Shown one piece after another: positions 1 through 8,687 of a stretch of 31,556 bases of DNA. How positions within the stretch are numbered: the first letter of the stretch is position 1; each line of letters opens with the position of its first letter. The position numbers and the translations under genes were made by a program. Source of the stretch: a virus (taxonomy: Duplodnaviria; Heunggongvirae; Uroviricota; Caudoviricetes). Below the pieces are notes generated by a model. That model did not search any database and was not told the DNA's origin. It saw only the letters and a program-made list of their open reading frames with translations. Location: positions 1 through 31,556 of the IMG/VR virus record IMGVR_UViG_2917849834_000001. One strand, given 5' to 3'.

Positions 1-405
1 TTATTTTGGGGACCGGACTTTGCGCGAGGACTTGCCGGGCCGCTTTTTTACGATACTCACCCCGTAATCATTTTTCAGGACATTGATAACTGATTCAAAA
101 AACTCAGCTTTCTGGTTCGCCAGCTCAAGCTGCGTTTCAAGTTCCCTGATTCTTTGCTCGGGTGTGAGCGGGATAGTTGTCTGAGTCACAGGCAGTTTCC
201 TCTTCACCAGGTCAGGAAGTCCAGGACTCCAGTCAAGCCGGCCATATTTACGTAACCAGACAAGAACGGTGGAGCGCCCCTGAATGCCATACCGCTGCTG
301 GGCCTGTTTATAGGTCATCTCGCCTTTTTCAACCTGCTCAACAACAGCTATTTTAAAAGATAGAGGATAATCACGTTGGGTGCGTTTGAGCTCAGTCATC
401 ATCAC
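1..405 (-). mobile_element. IS-family transposase OrfA-like protein (HTH domain), 134 aa; only this ORF is in the window, remainder of the element would lie beyond position 1
   Basis: Complete ORF with RBS-like GGAGAA upstream of the ATG at 405; translation (LKRTQRDYPLSFKIAVVEQVEKGEMTYKQAQQRYGIQGRSTVLVWLRKYG, then coiled-coil-like ELETQLELANQKAEFFE) has the HTH plus leucine-zipper organisation typical of IS3-type OrfA proteins. Family assignment is from memory, not a search. Confidence 0.5.
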
Positions 406-461
406 GTTCTCCAGATTTAAGTCAGGAACGTGTCAACGCTATTCAGGACGGGTCAGGACCA

Positions 462-485
462 ATAAAAAAGCCCGCATCAGCGGGC
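462..485 (-). terminator. Rho-independent terminator (minus-strand sense), probably the native terminator downstream of ssrA
   Basis: Minus strand reads GCCCGC-TGAT-GCGGGC followed by TTTTTTAT; 6-bp GC stem, 4-nt loop and T-run, about 125 nt downstream (minus sense) of the tmRNA 3'-end copy. Confidence 0.6.
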
Positions 486-609
486 TTTAATGTCACAGGG
501 AGTCGCGACTCCGTTGCGTATCCTTTTTTGTCTCCTCACCGTCTGGTCGGTGTCCTGATGAGACTTCTAACTTCCTGTTTTTGTTGTGATAACACCATCC
601 AATCATGAT

Positions 610-654
610 TGGTGGAGCTGGCGGGAGTTGAACCCGCGTCCGAAATTCCTACAT
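610..654 (-). other. Prophage attachment-site core: 45-nt copy of the 3' end of tmRNA gene ssrA (minus-strand sense ATGTAGGAATTTCGGACGCGGGTTCAACTCCCGCCAGCTCCACCA), not a complete ssrA gene
   Basis: Reverse complement of 610-654 matches the 3' terminus of enterobacterial ssrA as I recall it, including the acceptor-arm and CCA end; sequence 5' of it (655 onward) diverges from ssrA and runs into the integrase gene, so this is the phage-host junction carrying the core, with the intact ssrA expected at the other prophage end outside the window. Confidence 0.7.
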
Positions 655-771
655 ACCATTTTTACACTAACGAAATCATATTTTATCATTTTAAATCATG
701 ATGTTAGTGTTAATCTGTATTTGCTTGTTTTACTTGTTTTTAGTGTTCCGCCGCCAAAATGCCGCCATTTA

Positions 772-1797
772 TTAGCGATGCCAGTTGAGGTTATGAAGTG
801 GGTTTTTGGTAACGGCATCTTCCAGATGATCCGGTGCAAAATGGGCATAAATCATGGTCATTTTAATATCAGCGTGTCCTAAAATATCCCTCAATACCAA
901 AATGTTTCCGCCGTTCATCATAAAGTGGCTGGCGAAAGTGTGGCGCAGAACGTGGGTACATTGACCTTCAGGTAGTTCAATTCCAGCTCGTTTTACCGCA
1001 CGCTCAAAAGCCTTTCGGCATGGTGTGAATAACTTTCCTCTATTTTTGGGTAATTCTTCATACAGTTCCTGAGAAATAGGAACTGTTCGGTTTTTCTTTC
1101 CTTTTGTTTTGGTATAGGTAATTCGATACTTTGATATCTGGTTACCTTGCAGGTTTTCGGCTTCGCTCCATCTTGCCCCGGTTGCCAGGCAAATCTTGGC
1201 AATCATTAGCAGACTGGGACTTTGAGATTCAGCACATGCGTCAAGCAGGCGTTTGATTTCATCAGCAGCAAGGAACGCCAGTTCACCCTCTGCAATTTTG
1301 AACGTTGGCAGACCGGCGAGGGGGTTGGGTGCAGACCAATGTCCCAGCTTTTTCAATGTGCCAAAAACTGAGGATAGGTTACGTTGTTCAAGGTTCACCG
1401 TTCTGGGCTTAACTGGTGACATGAGCACGCCATCTTCGTTTTTGACCTCACCTTTTAATCTGGCTTCCCGGTACTTTGTGAAATCACCTGCTGTCAATTC
1501 AGAAGCGATGGGATCACCAAGCCCATTACAAATGATTTTTAACTTAGCCATTAATCGCTTAGGGTCAGCGAGTGTCTGACCGTACAGGGAATACCATTGC
1601 TCAATCACTTCTGACAGTTGTCGTCGATCTTCCTTTTCTCCCAGCCAAGGTTTCTTGTTTACCTCGTCCATGGTGAAATTCTCAAACGCAATGGCTTCGC
1701 CTTTCGTCGCAAATTGTTTGCGTACGCGTTTGCCATCTCGCCCGTTTGGGTAGCATTCACATAACCACTTTCCGTTCGGCTGTTTTCTGATCGTCAT
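772..1797 (-). CDS. int: Tyrosine integrase, P2/186 family
   Basis: 341-aa ORF; N-terminus (GKWLCECYPNGRDGKRVRKQFATKGEAIAFE) and C-terminal catalytic region (LATGARWSEAENL...HVLRHTFASHFMMNGG...LGHADIKMTMIYAHF) align with P2 Int from memory; adjacent to att core and transcribed toward it as in P2/186. Confidence 0.92.
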   Translation of the reverse strand: MTIRKQPNGKWLCECYPNGRDGKRVRKQFATKGEAIAFENFTMDEVNKKPWLGEKEDRRQLSEVIEQWYSLYGQTLADPKRLMAKLKIICNGLGDPIASELTAGDFTKYREARLKGEVKNEDGVLMSPVKPRTVNLEQRNLSSVFGTLKKLGHWSAPNPLAGLPTFKIAEGELAFLAADEIKRLLDACAESQSPSLLMIAKICLATGARWSEAENLQGNQISKYRITYTKTKGKKNRTVPISQELYEELPKNRGKLFTPCRKAFERAVKRAGIELPEGQCTHVLRHTFASHFMMNGGNILVLRDILGHADIKMTMIYAHFAPDHLEDAVTKNPLHNLNWHR

Positions 1798-1799
1798 GA

Positions 1800-2438
1800 T
1801 TAGATACTCTTAATCACTTTTACCACACGCCCTACAACGTCTACGTCATCAACTGCACATTCAAAGGTTGTTTCTTCCTGATGAACAACAAGTTTATTTC
1901 CGGGAATTCGAGCTACTTTTACGATGCTTTTCACTCCATCAATATCAACAAGCCAGGAGCCATTACTGATCTGTTTTACAGATACATCAACAATAAAACT
2001 TTCTGTTGTCGTTTGTATGAATAGATAGTTTGACGAGTCGCCCTCAACCAATCTGCTATCTAATAAAATTTCGTCATATGATTGAAGTTCACCATTTCTT
2101 AACTCTGTGTATTTGATACTGGGAGCTACGATTTTAGAAAGTGGTCTAATTGTGACGTCATTATCATTTTTGAGAATGTTTGCGTCACCGTTATCTGCAT
2201 ACATATCACCCTGTCCGGTTGCCAACCAAAGAAGCGAGATCCCGGTTTCTAGAGCACATTGAATTACCCATTCTGCTGGGAAACTATCTCTTAAGTATCT
2301 GTTTGCCATGGTGCTTTTTGATACTTTTAAGTGTTCGCAGAGCTGTTGGCGTGAGCTGAAATTGTAGGCTTTTATCAGCCTGTTGATGGCATCACGACCC
2401 CCACTATCATTTCCACCCTTGATTAGACTCATAATCAA
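1800..2438 (-). CDS. cI: 186-type CI immunity repressor
   Basis: 212-aa ORF directly upstream of int on the same strand; shares recognisable blocks with coliphage 186 CI (CALETGxxLxWLxTGxG; SWLVDIDGVKSIVKVARIPGNKL; FECAVDDVDVVGRVVKV). Confidence 0.85.
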   Translation of the reverse strand: MIMSLIKGGNDSGGRDAINRLIKAYNFSSRQQLCEHLKVSKSTMANRYLRDSFPAEWVIQCALETGISLLWLATGQGDMYADNGDANILKNDNDVTIRPLSKIVAPSIKYTELRNGELQSYDEILLDSRLVEGDSSNYLFIQTTTESFIVDVSVKQISNGSWLVDIDGVKSIVKVARIPGNKLVVHQEETTFECAVDDVDVVGRVVKVIKSI

Positions 2439-2443
2439 ACTCC

Positions 2444-2472
2444 TTGACGTATATAAAATGCGATCTTAATAT
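2444..2472 (+). promoter_or_regulatory. Candidate rightward early (lytic, pR-like) sigma70 promoter: TTGACG-N17-TAATAT
   Basis: Near-consensus -35 (2444-2449) and -10 (2467-2472) hexamers with 17-bp spacer in the cI/apl divergent region, about 45-75 nt upstream of the first rightward ORF. Confidence 0.55.
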
Positions 2473-2515
2473 CCATTCATGGTTTGAAAAGCAAAACCAA
2501 ACCACATAAAACGAG

Positions 2516-2797
2516 ATGAGACGATTACAAACTAAGAGATACTGCACTATGAGCAACGACATTTCAATTCGTGTACCAAAAGTGATGGCGACACCAGCAG
2601 AGTTCGCGGAATGGGAAGGCTACTCTCGCGGTTCGGTATATCAAATGATTCATAATGGAAAGCTCGCTAAATTCATGGAAAAAAAGGAAAAAGTAAAAGA
2701 CAGAGTATGTATACGTTACCTTGAGTACAAAAAGGAACAAGTCAGGAAAAATATGGGCCAATCCAATTTCAACTTTAATGTCATCGTTGGTGACTAA
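2516..2797 (+). CDS. Apl/Cox-like HTH regulator (excisionase/early repressor class); true start may be the ATG at 2546
   Basis: Small basic ORF at the Cox/Apl position (first rightward gene opposite cI); HTH-like segment ATPAEFAEWEGYSRGSVYQMIHNGKL. Confidence 0.7.
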   Translation: MRRLQTKRYCTMSNDISIRVPKVMATPAEFAEWEGYSRGSVYQMIHNGKLAKFMEKKEKVKDRVCIRYLEYKKEQVRKNMGQSNFNFNVIVGD

Positions 2798-2829
2798 GTT
2801 CAATTATGAGAACTTTCTAAGGGGGCAGC

Positions 2830-3339
2830 ATGTTTGATTACAAGATTTCCAAACATCCGCATTTTGATGAAGCCTGTAGAGCTTTTGCATTACGTCACAA
2901 TATGGCGAAGCTGGCAGAACGTGCAGAAATGAATGTTCAGACACTGCGAAACAAACTCAACCCAGAACAACCGCATCAGCTTACTGCACCAGAAATTTGG
3001 CTGCTTACTGATCTGACAGAAGACTCAACACTGGTAGATGGTTTTCTGGCACAGATTCATTGTCTGCCATGTGTACCGATTAATGAGGTAGCAAAAGAGA
3101 AACTGCCACATTACGTCATGAGTGCAACCGCAGAGATCGGGCGTGTTGCTGCAGGTGCTGTTTCTGGCGATGTAAAAACCAGTGCAGGCCGTCGTGATGC
3201 GATCAGCAGCATTAACTCTGTTACACGACTGATGGCGCTGGCTGCTGTTTCATTGCAGGCCCGTTTACAGGCTAATCCTGCGATGGCGAGTGCAGTTGAT
3301 ACCGTGACTGGCCTCGGTGCTTCATTCGGTTTGCTGTGA
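2830..3339 (+). CDS. cII: CII-like lysogeny-establishment regulator (186 CII family)
   Basis: 169-aa ORF with RBS GGGGGCAGC upstream, at the position and of the size of 186 CII; HTH-like N-terminal region. Confidence 0.7.
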   Translation: MFDYKISKHPHFDEACRAFALRHNMAKLAERAEMNVQTLRNKLNPEQPHQLTAPEIWLLTDLTEDSTLVDGFLAQIHCLPCVPINEVAKEKLPHYVMSATAEIGRVAAGAVSGDVKTSAGRRDAISSINSVTRLMALAAVSLQARLQANPAMASAVDTVTGLGASFGLL

Positions 3340-3346
3340 GGTGCTT

Positions 3347-3547
3347 ATGCTGACGAAAGAACCATCATTTGCATCGCTGCTGGTAAAACAGAGCCCGGCA
3401 ATGCACTACGGTCACGGCTGGATCATGGGGGAGGATGGTAAACGCTGGCATCCGTGCCGTTCACAAGATGAATTGCTGGCAGAACTATCTACGAAAAAAC
3501 GGGGGAACAAATGGCTATTGAAGGCGCTGCGGCGACTGTTCCATTAA
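3347..3547 (+). CDS. Hypothetical small early protein (position of 186 fil)
   Basis: ATG at 3347 preceded by GAGGTG; 66 aa; the ORF track's longer version starts at a GTG at 3317. No recognisable domain. Confidence 0.45.
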   Translation: MLTKEPSFASLLVKQSPAMHYGHGWIMGEDGKRWHPCRSQDELLAELSTKKRGNKWLLKALRRLFH

Positions 3548-3852
3548 GCCCCGGTGAACGCCTGAATGGACTTAACCACATTGCGGAGTTAAGGGCGAAA
3601 GTATTTGGCCTGAATATTGAGTCAGAGCTTGAGCGGTTTATTAAAGATATGCGTGATCCACGGGATATCAATAACGAACAAAATAAACGAGCACTGGCAG
3701 CCATATTCTTTATGGCAAAAATTCCGGCTGAACGTCATAGCATCAGCATCAATGAGCTGACCACTGACGAAAAGCGGGAGTTGATTAAAGCAATGAATCA
3801 TTTTCGTGCAGTGGTGAGCTTATTTCCCAGACGGCTAACCATGCCGAATTAA
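3511..3852 (+). CDS. Hypothetical early protein, 113 aa
   Basis: ORF with GGGGGA RBS, overlapping the end of the previous ORF; position corresponds to 186 dhr/P2 B region but no similarity recognised. Confidence 0.45.
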   Translation: MAIEGAAATVPLSPGERLNGLNHIAELRAKVFGLNIESELERFIKDMRDPRDINNEQNKRALAAIFFMAKIPAERHSISINELTTDEKRELIKAMNHFRAVVSLFPRRLTMPN

Positions 3853-3919
3853 CCAACTAATGAAATTAATGGCGTAAACCCGCCGGGCATCCCTTTATCT
3901 AAATTCAGGAGAATTGATT

Positions 3920-4153
3920 ATGCGTAATATTGAAATCCTCACGACTAAAACCGGACCGGATGATGCAGGGCTTAATATTTTACTGACAGAGGCTCGTCTG
4001 GAAGAACGCCGGGCAAGGGCTGAAGCAATGGCAGCTCGCCTTGATAGCCTGGCGTGTCATATCTCATCCCGTCAGCTAAACCACGTGGAAGCGGCAGAAC
4101 TGCTGCGTGTGACTGCTGAAGCAATCCAGAACGAAGCGCAGGAGATCCACTAA
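3920..4153 (+). CDS. Hypothetical small early protein, about 77 aa
   Basis: ATG at 3920 preceded by CAGGAGAA; Ala/Glu-rich helical protein; ORF track start at 3914 is a TTG. Confidence 0.5.
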   Translation: MRNIEILTTKTGPDDAGLNILLTEARLEERRARAEAMAARLDSLACHISSRQLNHVEAAELLRVTAEAIQNEAQEIH

Positions 4154-4380
4154 TGGCTGATGCAATGGATCTCGTACAGCAGCGCGTTGAAGAAGAACGC
4201 CAGCGCCATATCCGTGCTGCCCGTGCCAAAACACCGGGCGTGTCTCGCGTGCTTTGCATTGAGTGTGAAGCGCCAATTCCGCCAGCACGCCGCCGTGCCA
4301 TTCCGGGTGTGCAGCTTTGCATTACCTGCCAGGAAATTGCAGAGCTGAAAGGCAAACATTACAACGGAGGTGCTGTATGA
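4153..4380 (+). CDS. TraR/DksA-family C4 zinc-finger protein
   Basis: 75 aa with CxxC...CxxC (CIECEAPIP...CITCQ) arrangement typical of phage TraR/DksA-like proteins (P2 orf82 class); start overlaps previous stop. Confidence 0.75.
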   Translation: MADAMDLVQQRVEEERQRHIRAARAKTPGVSRVLCIECEAPIPPARRRAIPGVQLCITCQEIAELKGKHYNGGAV

Positions 4381-4679
4381 CAAGGGCAGTACGTATCCAT
4401 CAATTAAAAATTGCACCTAAGTATTTCAACGCTGTGGTTGCAGGTCAAAAGACGGCTGAACTTCGTAAAGACGATCGTGGCTATAAAGTTGGTGATGTTC
4501 TTTCTCTTTGCGAATGGAAGCATGGCGTATTTACGGGTAGAGAATGGGCTGCTGTTATCACTCATATACTTCCGGTTAATGACGTCATGGTAGTTTCAGA
4601 ACAATGGGTGATGCTATCAATTCGTCCATTAACCCCATTGGAAGCTTTAGGATATGTTATTGCAGGAGGTGCTGTATGA
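4377..4679 (+). CDS. DUF3850/ASCH-like small protein
   Basis: ATG at 4377 overlaps the TraR stop (ATGA); about 100 aa; assignment to the DUF3850/ASCH-like family is from memory of similar phage proteins. Confidence 0.5.
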   Translation: MTRAVRIHQLKIAPKYFNAVVAGQKTAELRKDDRGYKVGDVLSLCEWKHGVFTGREWAAVITHILPVNDVMVVSEQWVMLSIRPLTPLEALGYVIAGGAV

Positions 4680-5533
4680 GCACCATCCTGAAATGGGCGG
4701 GAAATAAAACCGCCATTATGTCCGAACTGAAAAAACATCTTCCTGCTGGCCCGCGACTGGTTGAACCTTTCGCGGGTTCCTGTGCTGTGATGATGGAGAC
4801 GGATTACCCCAGCTATCTTGTTGCGGATATTAATCCTGATTTAATCAACCTCTATAAAAAGGTTGCTGCTGATTGCGAGGCGTTTATATCTCGTGCCAGA
4901 GCTTTATTTGAGGAAGCAAACAGGGATGTGGCTTATTACAACATAAGGCAGGAGTTTAATTACTCCACTGAAATTACTGATTTCATGAAAGCGGTATATT
5001 TCCTGTATCTCAATCGTCATGGTTACCGTGGGTTATGTCGCTATAACAAGAGCGGGCATTTCAACATTCCGTACGGTAATTATAAAAATCCGTATTTCCC
5101 TGAAAAAGAAATTCGCGCATTTGCAGAGAAAGCCCAGCGGGCAACGTTTATCTGCGCCAGCTTTGATGAAACGCTGGCGATGTTGAAGGCGGGGGATGTG
5201 GTGTATTGCGATCCGCCTTATGACGGTACGTTTTCCGGCTATCACACTGACGGCTTCACTGAAGATGACCAGTATCACCTGGCATCCGTTCTTGAACATC
5301 GGTCATCAGAAGGACATCCGGTCATTGTTTCTAACAGTGACACATCCCTGATCCGTTCGCTGTATCGCAATTTTACTCACCACTACATCAAGGCAAAACG
5401 CAGCATCGGTGTAGCAGCTGGTGAGAGTAAATCTGCAACAGAAATCATCGCTGTTTCCGGGCCGCGCTGCTGGGTGGGATTTGATCCTTCGCGTGGCGTG
5501 GATAGTTCTGCCGTGTACGGAGTGCGTGCATGA
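4676..5533 (+). CDS. dam: DNA N6-adenine methyltransferase (Dam-like orphan MTase)
   Basis: ATG at 4676 overlaps the preceding stop; SAM-binding motif I (EPFAGSCAV) near the N-terminus and catalytic DPPY motif (YCDPPYDGT) later, the order expected for Dam-class enzymes. Confidence 0.85.
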   Translation: MSTILKWAGNKTAIMSELKKHLPAGPRLVEPFAGSCAVMMETDYPSYLVADINPDLINLYKKVAADCEAFISRARALFEEANRDVAYYNIRQEFNYSTEITDFMKAVYFLYLNRHGYRGLCRYNKSGHFNIPYGNYKNPYFPEKEIRAFAEKAQRATFICASFDETLAMLKAGDVVYCDPPYDGTFSGYHTDGFTEDDQYHLASVLEHRSSEGHPVIVSNSDTSLIRSLYRNFTHHYIKAKRSIGVAAGESKSATEIIAVSGPRCWVGFDPSRGVDSSAVYGVRA

Positions 5534-7944
5534 GCCATGCTGATATGAACAACTGCAGCGGCTTTAACGAGGTCGCCGCAGCATTCTCATGGAACAGCCC
5601 GAAAAAGGCCATTAACCCTTATCTGGACCCGGCGGAAGTTGCGCCGGTTTCTGCGCTTTCAAACCTGATCACTCTGTACGCTACCGATAACGAGAAGGAA
5701 CAACTGCGCCGCGAGGCACTGAGTGATCAGGTCTGGGAGCGTTATTTCTTTAATGAATCCCGTGATCCTGTCCAACGCGAAATGGAGCAGGATAAGCTAA
5801 TTAGCCGGGCAAAGCTGGCGCATGAGCAGCAGCGTTTTAATCCGGACATGGTCATTTTGGCGGACGTTAACGCCCAGCCTTCCCATATCAGCAAGCCGCT
5901 GATGCAACGTATTGAATACTTCAGCAGCCTGGGCAGGCCAAAGGCTTATTCCCGCTATTTGCGTGAGACGATTAAGCCATGTCTGGAACGGCTGGAGCAT
6001 GTCCGCGACAGTCAGCTATCCACTTCTTTTCGCTTTATGGCGAGCCATGAAGGGCTGGACGGCCTGCTGATCCTGCCTGAAATGAGTCAGGATCAGGTGA
6101 AACGCCTGTCTACTCTTGTCGCTGCGCATATGAGCATGTGTCTTGATGCCGCTTGTGGTGATTTGTATGCCACCGATGACGTTAAGCCAGAAGAAATCCG
6201 CAAGACATGGGAAAAGGTGGCAGCAGAAACCCTGCGACTGGATGTTATCCCGCCTGCGTTTGAGCAACTCCGTCGGAAAAGAAACCGCCGTAAACCCGTG
6301 CCCTATGAACTCATTCCGGGTTCGCTGGCGCGTATGTTATGCGCCGACTGGTGGTATCGGAAATTATGGAAGATGCGTTGCGAATGGCGGGAAGAGCAGT
6401 TGCGTGCTGTCTGCCTGGTCAGCAAAAAAGCATCTCCCTATGTCAGCTATGAAGCCGTGATGCATAAACGTGAGCAGCGCCGTAAGTCGCTGGAGTTTTT
6501 TCGTTCTCATGAACTGGTGAACGAAGACGGCGACACGCTGGACATGGAGGATGTGGTAAACGCCAGCAGCAGCAACCCTGCGCATCGCCGCAATGAGATG
6601 ATGGCCTGTGTTAAAGGCCTGGAGCTTATCGCGGAAATGCGCGGTGACTGCGCCGTTTTCTACACCATCACCTGTCCGTCACGTTTCCATTCCACGCTAA
6701 ATAACGGCAGGCCCAACCCGACCTGGACAAATGCGACGGTAAGACAAAGCAGTGATTATCTGGTCGGCATGTTTGCTGCATTTCGTAAGGCAATGCATAA
6801 AACCGGGCTGCGCTGGTATGGCGTGCGGGTGGCTGAGCCGCACCATGACGGTACTGTGCACTGGCATCTCATGTGTTTCATGCGCAAAAAAGACCGCCGC
6901 GCCATTACTGCATTGTTGCGTAAGTTTGCCATCCGTGAAGACCGCGAGGAGCTGGGCAATAACACGGGGCCACGCTTTAAGTCTGAGCTGATAAACCCGC
7001 GCAAAGGAACGCCGACAAGCTACATCGCGAAATACATCAGTAAGAACATTGACGGACGTGGTCTGGCTGGCGAGATCAGCAAGGAAACGGGTAAATCCCT
7101 GCGTGATAACGCCGAATACGTTAATGCCTGGGCGTCTCTGCATCGTGTTCAGCAGTTCCGCTTCTTTGGTATTCCGGGGCGTCAGGTGTACCGTGAACTT
7201 CGCTTGCTGGCTGGTCAGGCGGCAAGGCAACAGGGTGACAAAAAAGCAGGTGCGCCAGTACTGGATAACCCGCGCCTTGATGCCATTCTGGCTGCTGCTG
7301 ATGCTGGCTGTTTTGCCACCTACATTATGAAGCAGGGCGGTGTACTGGTTCCCCGTAAATATCACCTCATCAGAACCGCTTATGAAATCAACGAAGAGCC
7401 GACCGCCTATGGCGATCACGGTATTCGTATTTATGGCATCTGGTCACCCATTGCAGAGGGCAAGATCTGCACTCATGCGGTGAAGTGGAAAATGGTTCGT
7501 AAGGCCGTTGACGTTCAGGAGGCGGCAGCCGACCAGGGCGCTTGCGCCCCTTGGACTCGTGGCAATAACTGTCCCCTTGCTGAAAATATGAACCAACAAG
7601 GGAAAGACAAATCAGCTGATGGGGATACCAGAACGGATATCACCCGCATGGATGACAAGGAGTTGCACGATTACCTGCACAGTATGAGCAAAAAAGAGCG
7701 CCGGGAACTGGCAGCAAGATTACGCCTGGTTAAACCGAAACGGCGTAAAGACTACAAACAGCGAATTACAGAGCGTCAGCGTCAGCAGCTCGTCTATGAA
7801 CTGAAGTCCAGAGGATTTGATGGCAGCGAGAAAGAGGTCGATTTACTCCTTCGCGGCGGCAGTATTCCGTCAGGAGCAGGCCTGCGTATCTTCTATCGGA
7901 ACCAGCGTATCCAGGAAGATGATAAATGGCGGAACCTGTATTAA
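5530..7944 (+). CDS. A: Replication initiation endonuclease (P2 gpA / 186 RepA family, rolling-circle)
   Basis: 804-aa ORF at the P2 gene A position; HUH-type motif region (VHWHLMCF), large size, start overlapping the dam stop. Confidence 0.85.
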   Translation: MSHADMNNCSGFNEVAAAFSWNSPKKAINPYLDPAEVAPVSALSNLITLYATDNEKEQLRREALSDQVWERYFFNESRDPVQREMEQDKLISRAKLAHEQQRFNPDMVILADVNAQPSHISKPLMQRIEYFSSLGRPKAYSRYLRETIKPCLERLEHVRDSQLSTSFRFMASHEGLDGLLILPEMSQDQVKRLSTLVAAHMSMCLDAACGDLYATDDVKPEEIRKTWEKVAAETLRLDVIPPAFEQLRRKRNRRKPVPYELIPGSLARMLCADWWYRKLWKMRCEWREEQLRAVCLVSKKASPYVSYEAVMHKREQRRKSLEFFRSHELVNEDGDTLDMEDVVNASSSNPAHRRNEMMACVKGLELIAEMRGDCAVFYTITCPSRFHSTLNNGRPNPTWTNATVRQSSDYLVGMFAAFRKAMHKTGLRWYGVRVAEPHHDGTVHWHLMCFMRKKDRRAITALLRKFAIREDREELGNNTGPRFKSELINPRKGTPTSYIAKYISKNIDGRGLAGEISKETGKSLRDNAEYVNAWASLHRVQQFRFFGIPGRQVYRELRLLAGQAARQQGDKKAGAPVLDNPRLDAILAAADAGCFATYIMKQGGVLVPRKYHLIRTAYEINEEPTAYGDHGIRIYGIWSPIAEGKICTHAVKWKMVRKAVDVQEAAADQGACAPWTRGNNCPLAENMNQQGKDKSADGDTRTDITRMDDKELHDYLHSMSKKERRELAARLRLVKPKRRKDYKQRITERQRQQLVYELKSRGFDGSEKEVDLLLRGGSIPSGAGLRIFYRNQRIQEDDKWRNLY

Positions 7945-8037
7945 TTACGCTGATTAACAATTAATGCTCTAAATAATAAGCAAAGGATAAATCCTATTGA
8001 TTTTAAAAAAACTTTTTACTTTAACGATATTATTATG

Positions 8038-8057
8038 TACTGTATGTAAAACCAGTG
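8038..8057 (+). promoter_or_regulatory. Candidate LexA (SOS) box TACTGTATGTAAAACCAGTG, with a second ATACAGTA half-site at about 8064-8071
   Basis: Fits CTG-N10-CAG with an AT-rich centre, in an AT-rich promoter-like region immediately upstream of the small ORF/DinI-like pair. Confidence 0.55.
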
Positions 8058-8102
8058 GTTAAGTATACAGTATTATCTACCCACAGTGAGATAGGAGGGA
8101 AG

Positions 8103-8291
8103 ATGCAGGATTATTTTTTAGAGTCGTTGAAACTCCAGCGAATTGATTTTTTTCTTAAGCTTGTAGTGGCCAGTGAATGTAGTGATCAGGAAAAAGAGCT
8201 TGCGCTGCTTTGGATTTCAGAACTGACGGATGAACTCATGGCAAAAATCAGAACCCACGAATATAACCGCTCAATGGATGTTGTTAACTGA
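8103..8291 (+). CDS. Small hypothetical protein (62 aa), first gene of putative SOS-controlled pair
   Basis: ATG at 8103 with strong RBS GGAGGGA (8094-8100); the ORF-track start at 8055 is a GTG lying inside the LexA-like box. Confidence 0.55.
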   Translation: MQDYFLESLKLQRIDFFLKLVVASECSDQEKELALLWISELTDELMAKIRTHEYNRSMDVVN

Positions 8292-8301
8292 GGGGTAATT
8301 T

Positions 8302-8535
8302 ATGCGCATTGAAATAATGATCGATAAAGAGCAAAAAATTAGCCAGTCTACCCTGGATGCCCTTGAATCCGAGCTTTACCGCAATCTGCGCCCCCTGTAT
8401 CCAAAAACGGTAATCCGCATCCGCAAAGGTAGCTCTAACGGTGTGGAACTGAGCGGACTGAAACTGGACGAAGAAAAAAAACAAGTGATGAAAATTATGC
8501 AGCAGGTATGGGAAGACGACAGCTGGCTGCATTAA
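8302..8535 (+). CDS. DinI-family protein (Tum-like candidate antirepressor module)
   Basis: 77 aa; MRIEIMIDK...YPKTVIRIRKGSSNGVELSGLKLDEEKKQVMKIMQQVWEDDSWL aligns with E. coli DinI (MRIEVTIAK...ETWESADDWF) from memory; RBS GAGGGG 8 nt upstream. Confidence 0.75.
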   Translation: MRIEIMIDKEQKISQSTLDALESELYRNLRPLYPKTVIRIRKGSSNGVELSGLKLDEEKKQVMKIMQQVWEDDSWLH

Positions 8536-8543
8536 GAAACGTT

Positions 8544-8572
8544 GCCCCCAGGAGGATTCATTCTGATGGGGG
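8544..8572 (+). terminator. Possible hairpin/weak terminator after the DinI-like gene
   Basis: GCCCCCA ... TGGGGGC 7-bp stem with about 15-nt loop followed by TGGTTTG; loop is long, so efficiency is uncertain. Confidence 0.3.
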
Positions 8573-8687
8573 CTGGTTTGGGCAACGAGTGAAACGAGGC
8601 GTAAGGTGGGCGGATATTTTGATAAGCAATAGTCCGTTTAGAGTCAGAAGCGAACGTTACTGACATCAAACTGGTGAGGAGTTCAGT

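Noticed and set aside
600-660. Complete tmRNA (ssrA) gene
   Set aside because: Only the last 45 nt match ssrA; upstream sequence diverges and is followed by int, so this is an att core copy, not a functional gene.
586-882. 98-aa plus-strand ORF spanning the att core and the integrase 3' end
   Set aside because: Overlaps the tmRNA-derived core and the int coding region on the opposite strand; no RBS; translation not protein-like.
2564-2803. 79-aa minus-strand ORF
   Set aside because: Antisense to the Apl/Cox-like gene in the early operon; hydrophobic low-complexity translation; unlikely to be real.
6697-7419. 240-aa minus-strand ORF
   Set aside because: Antisense to the well-supported replication gene A; no start context; likely spurious.
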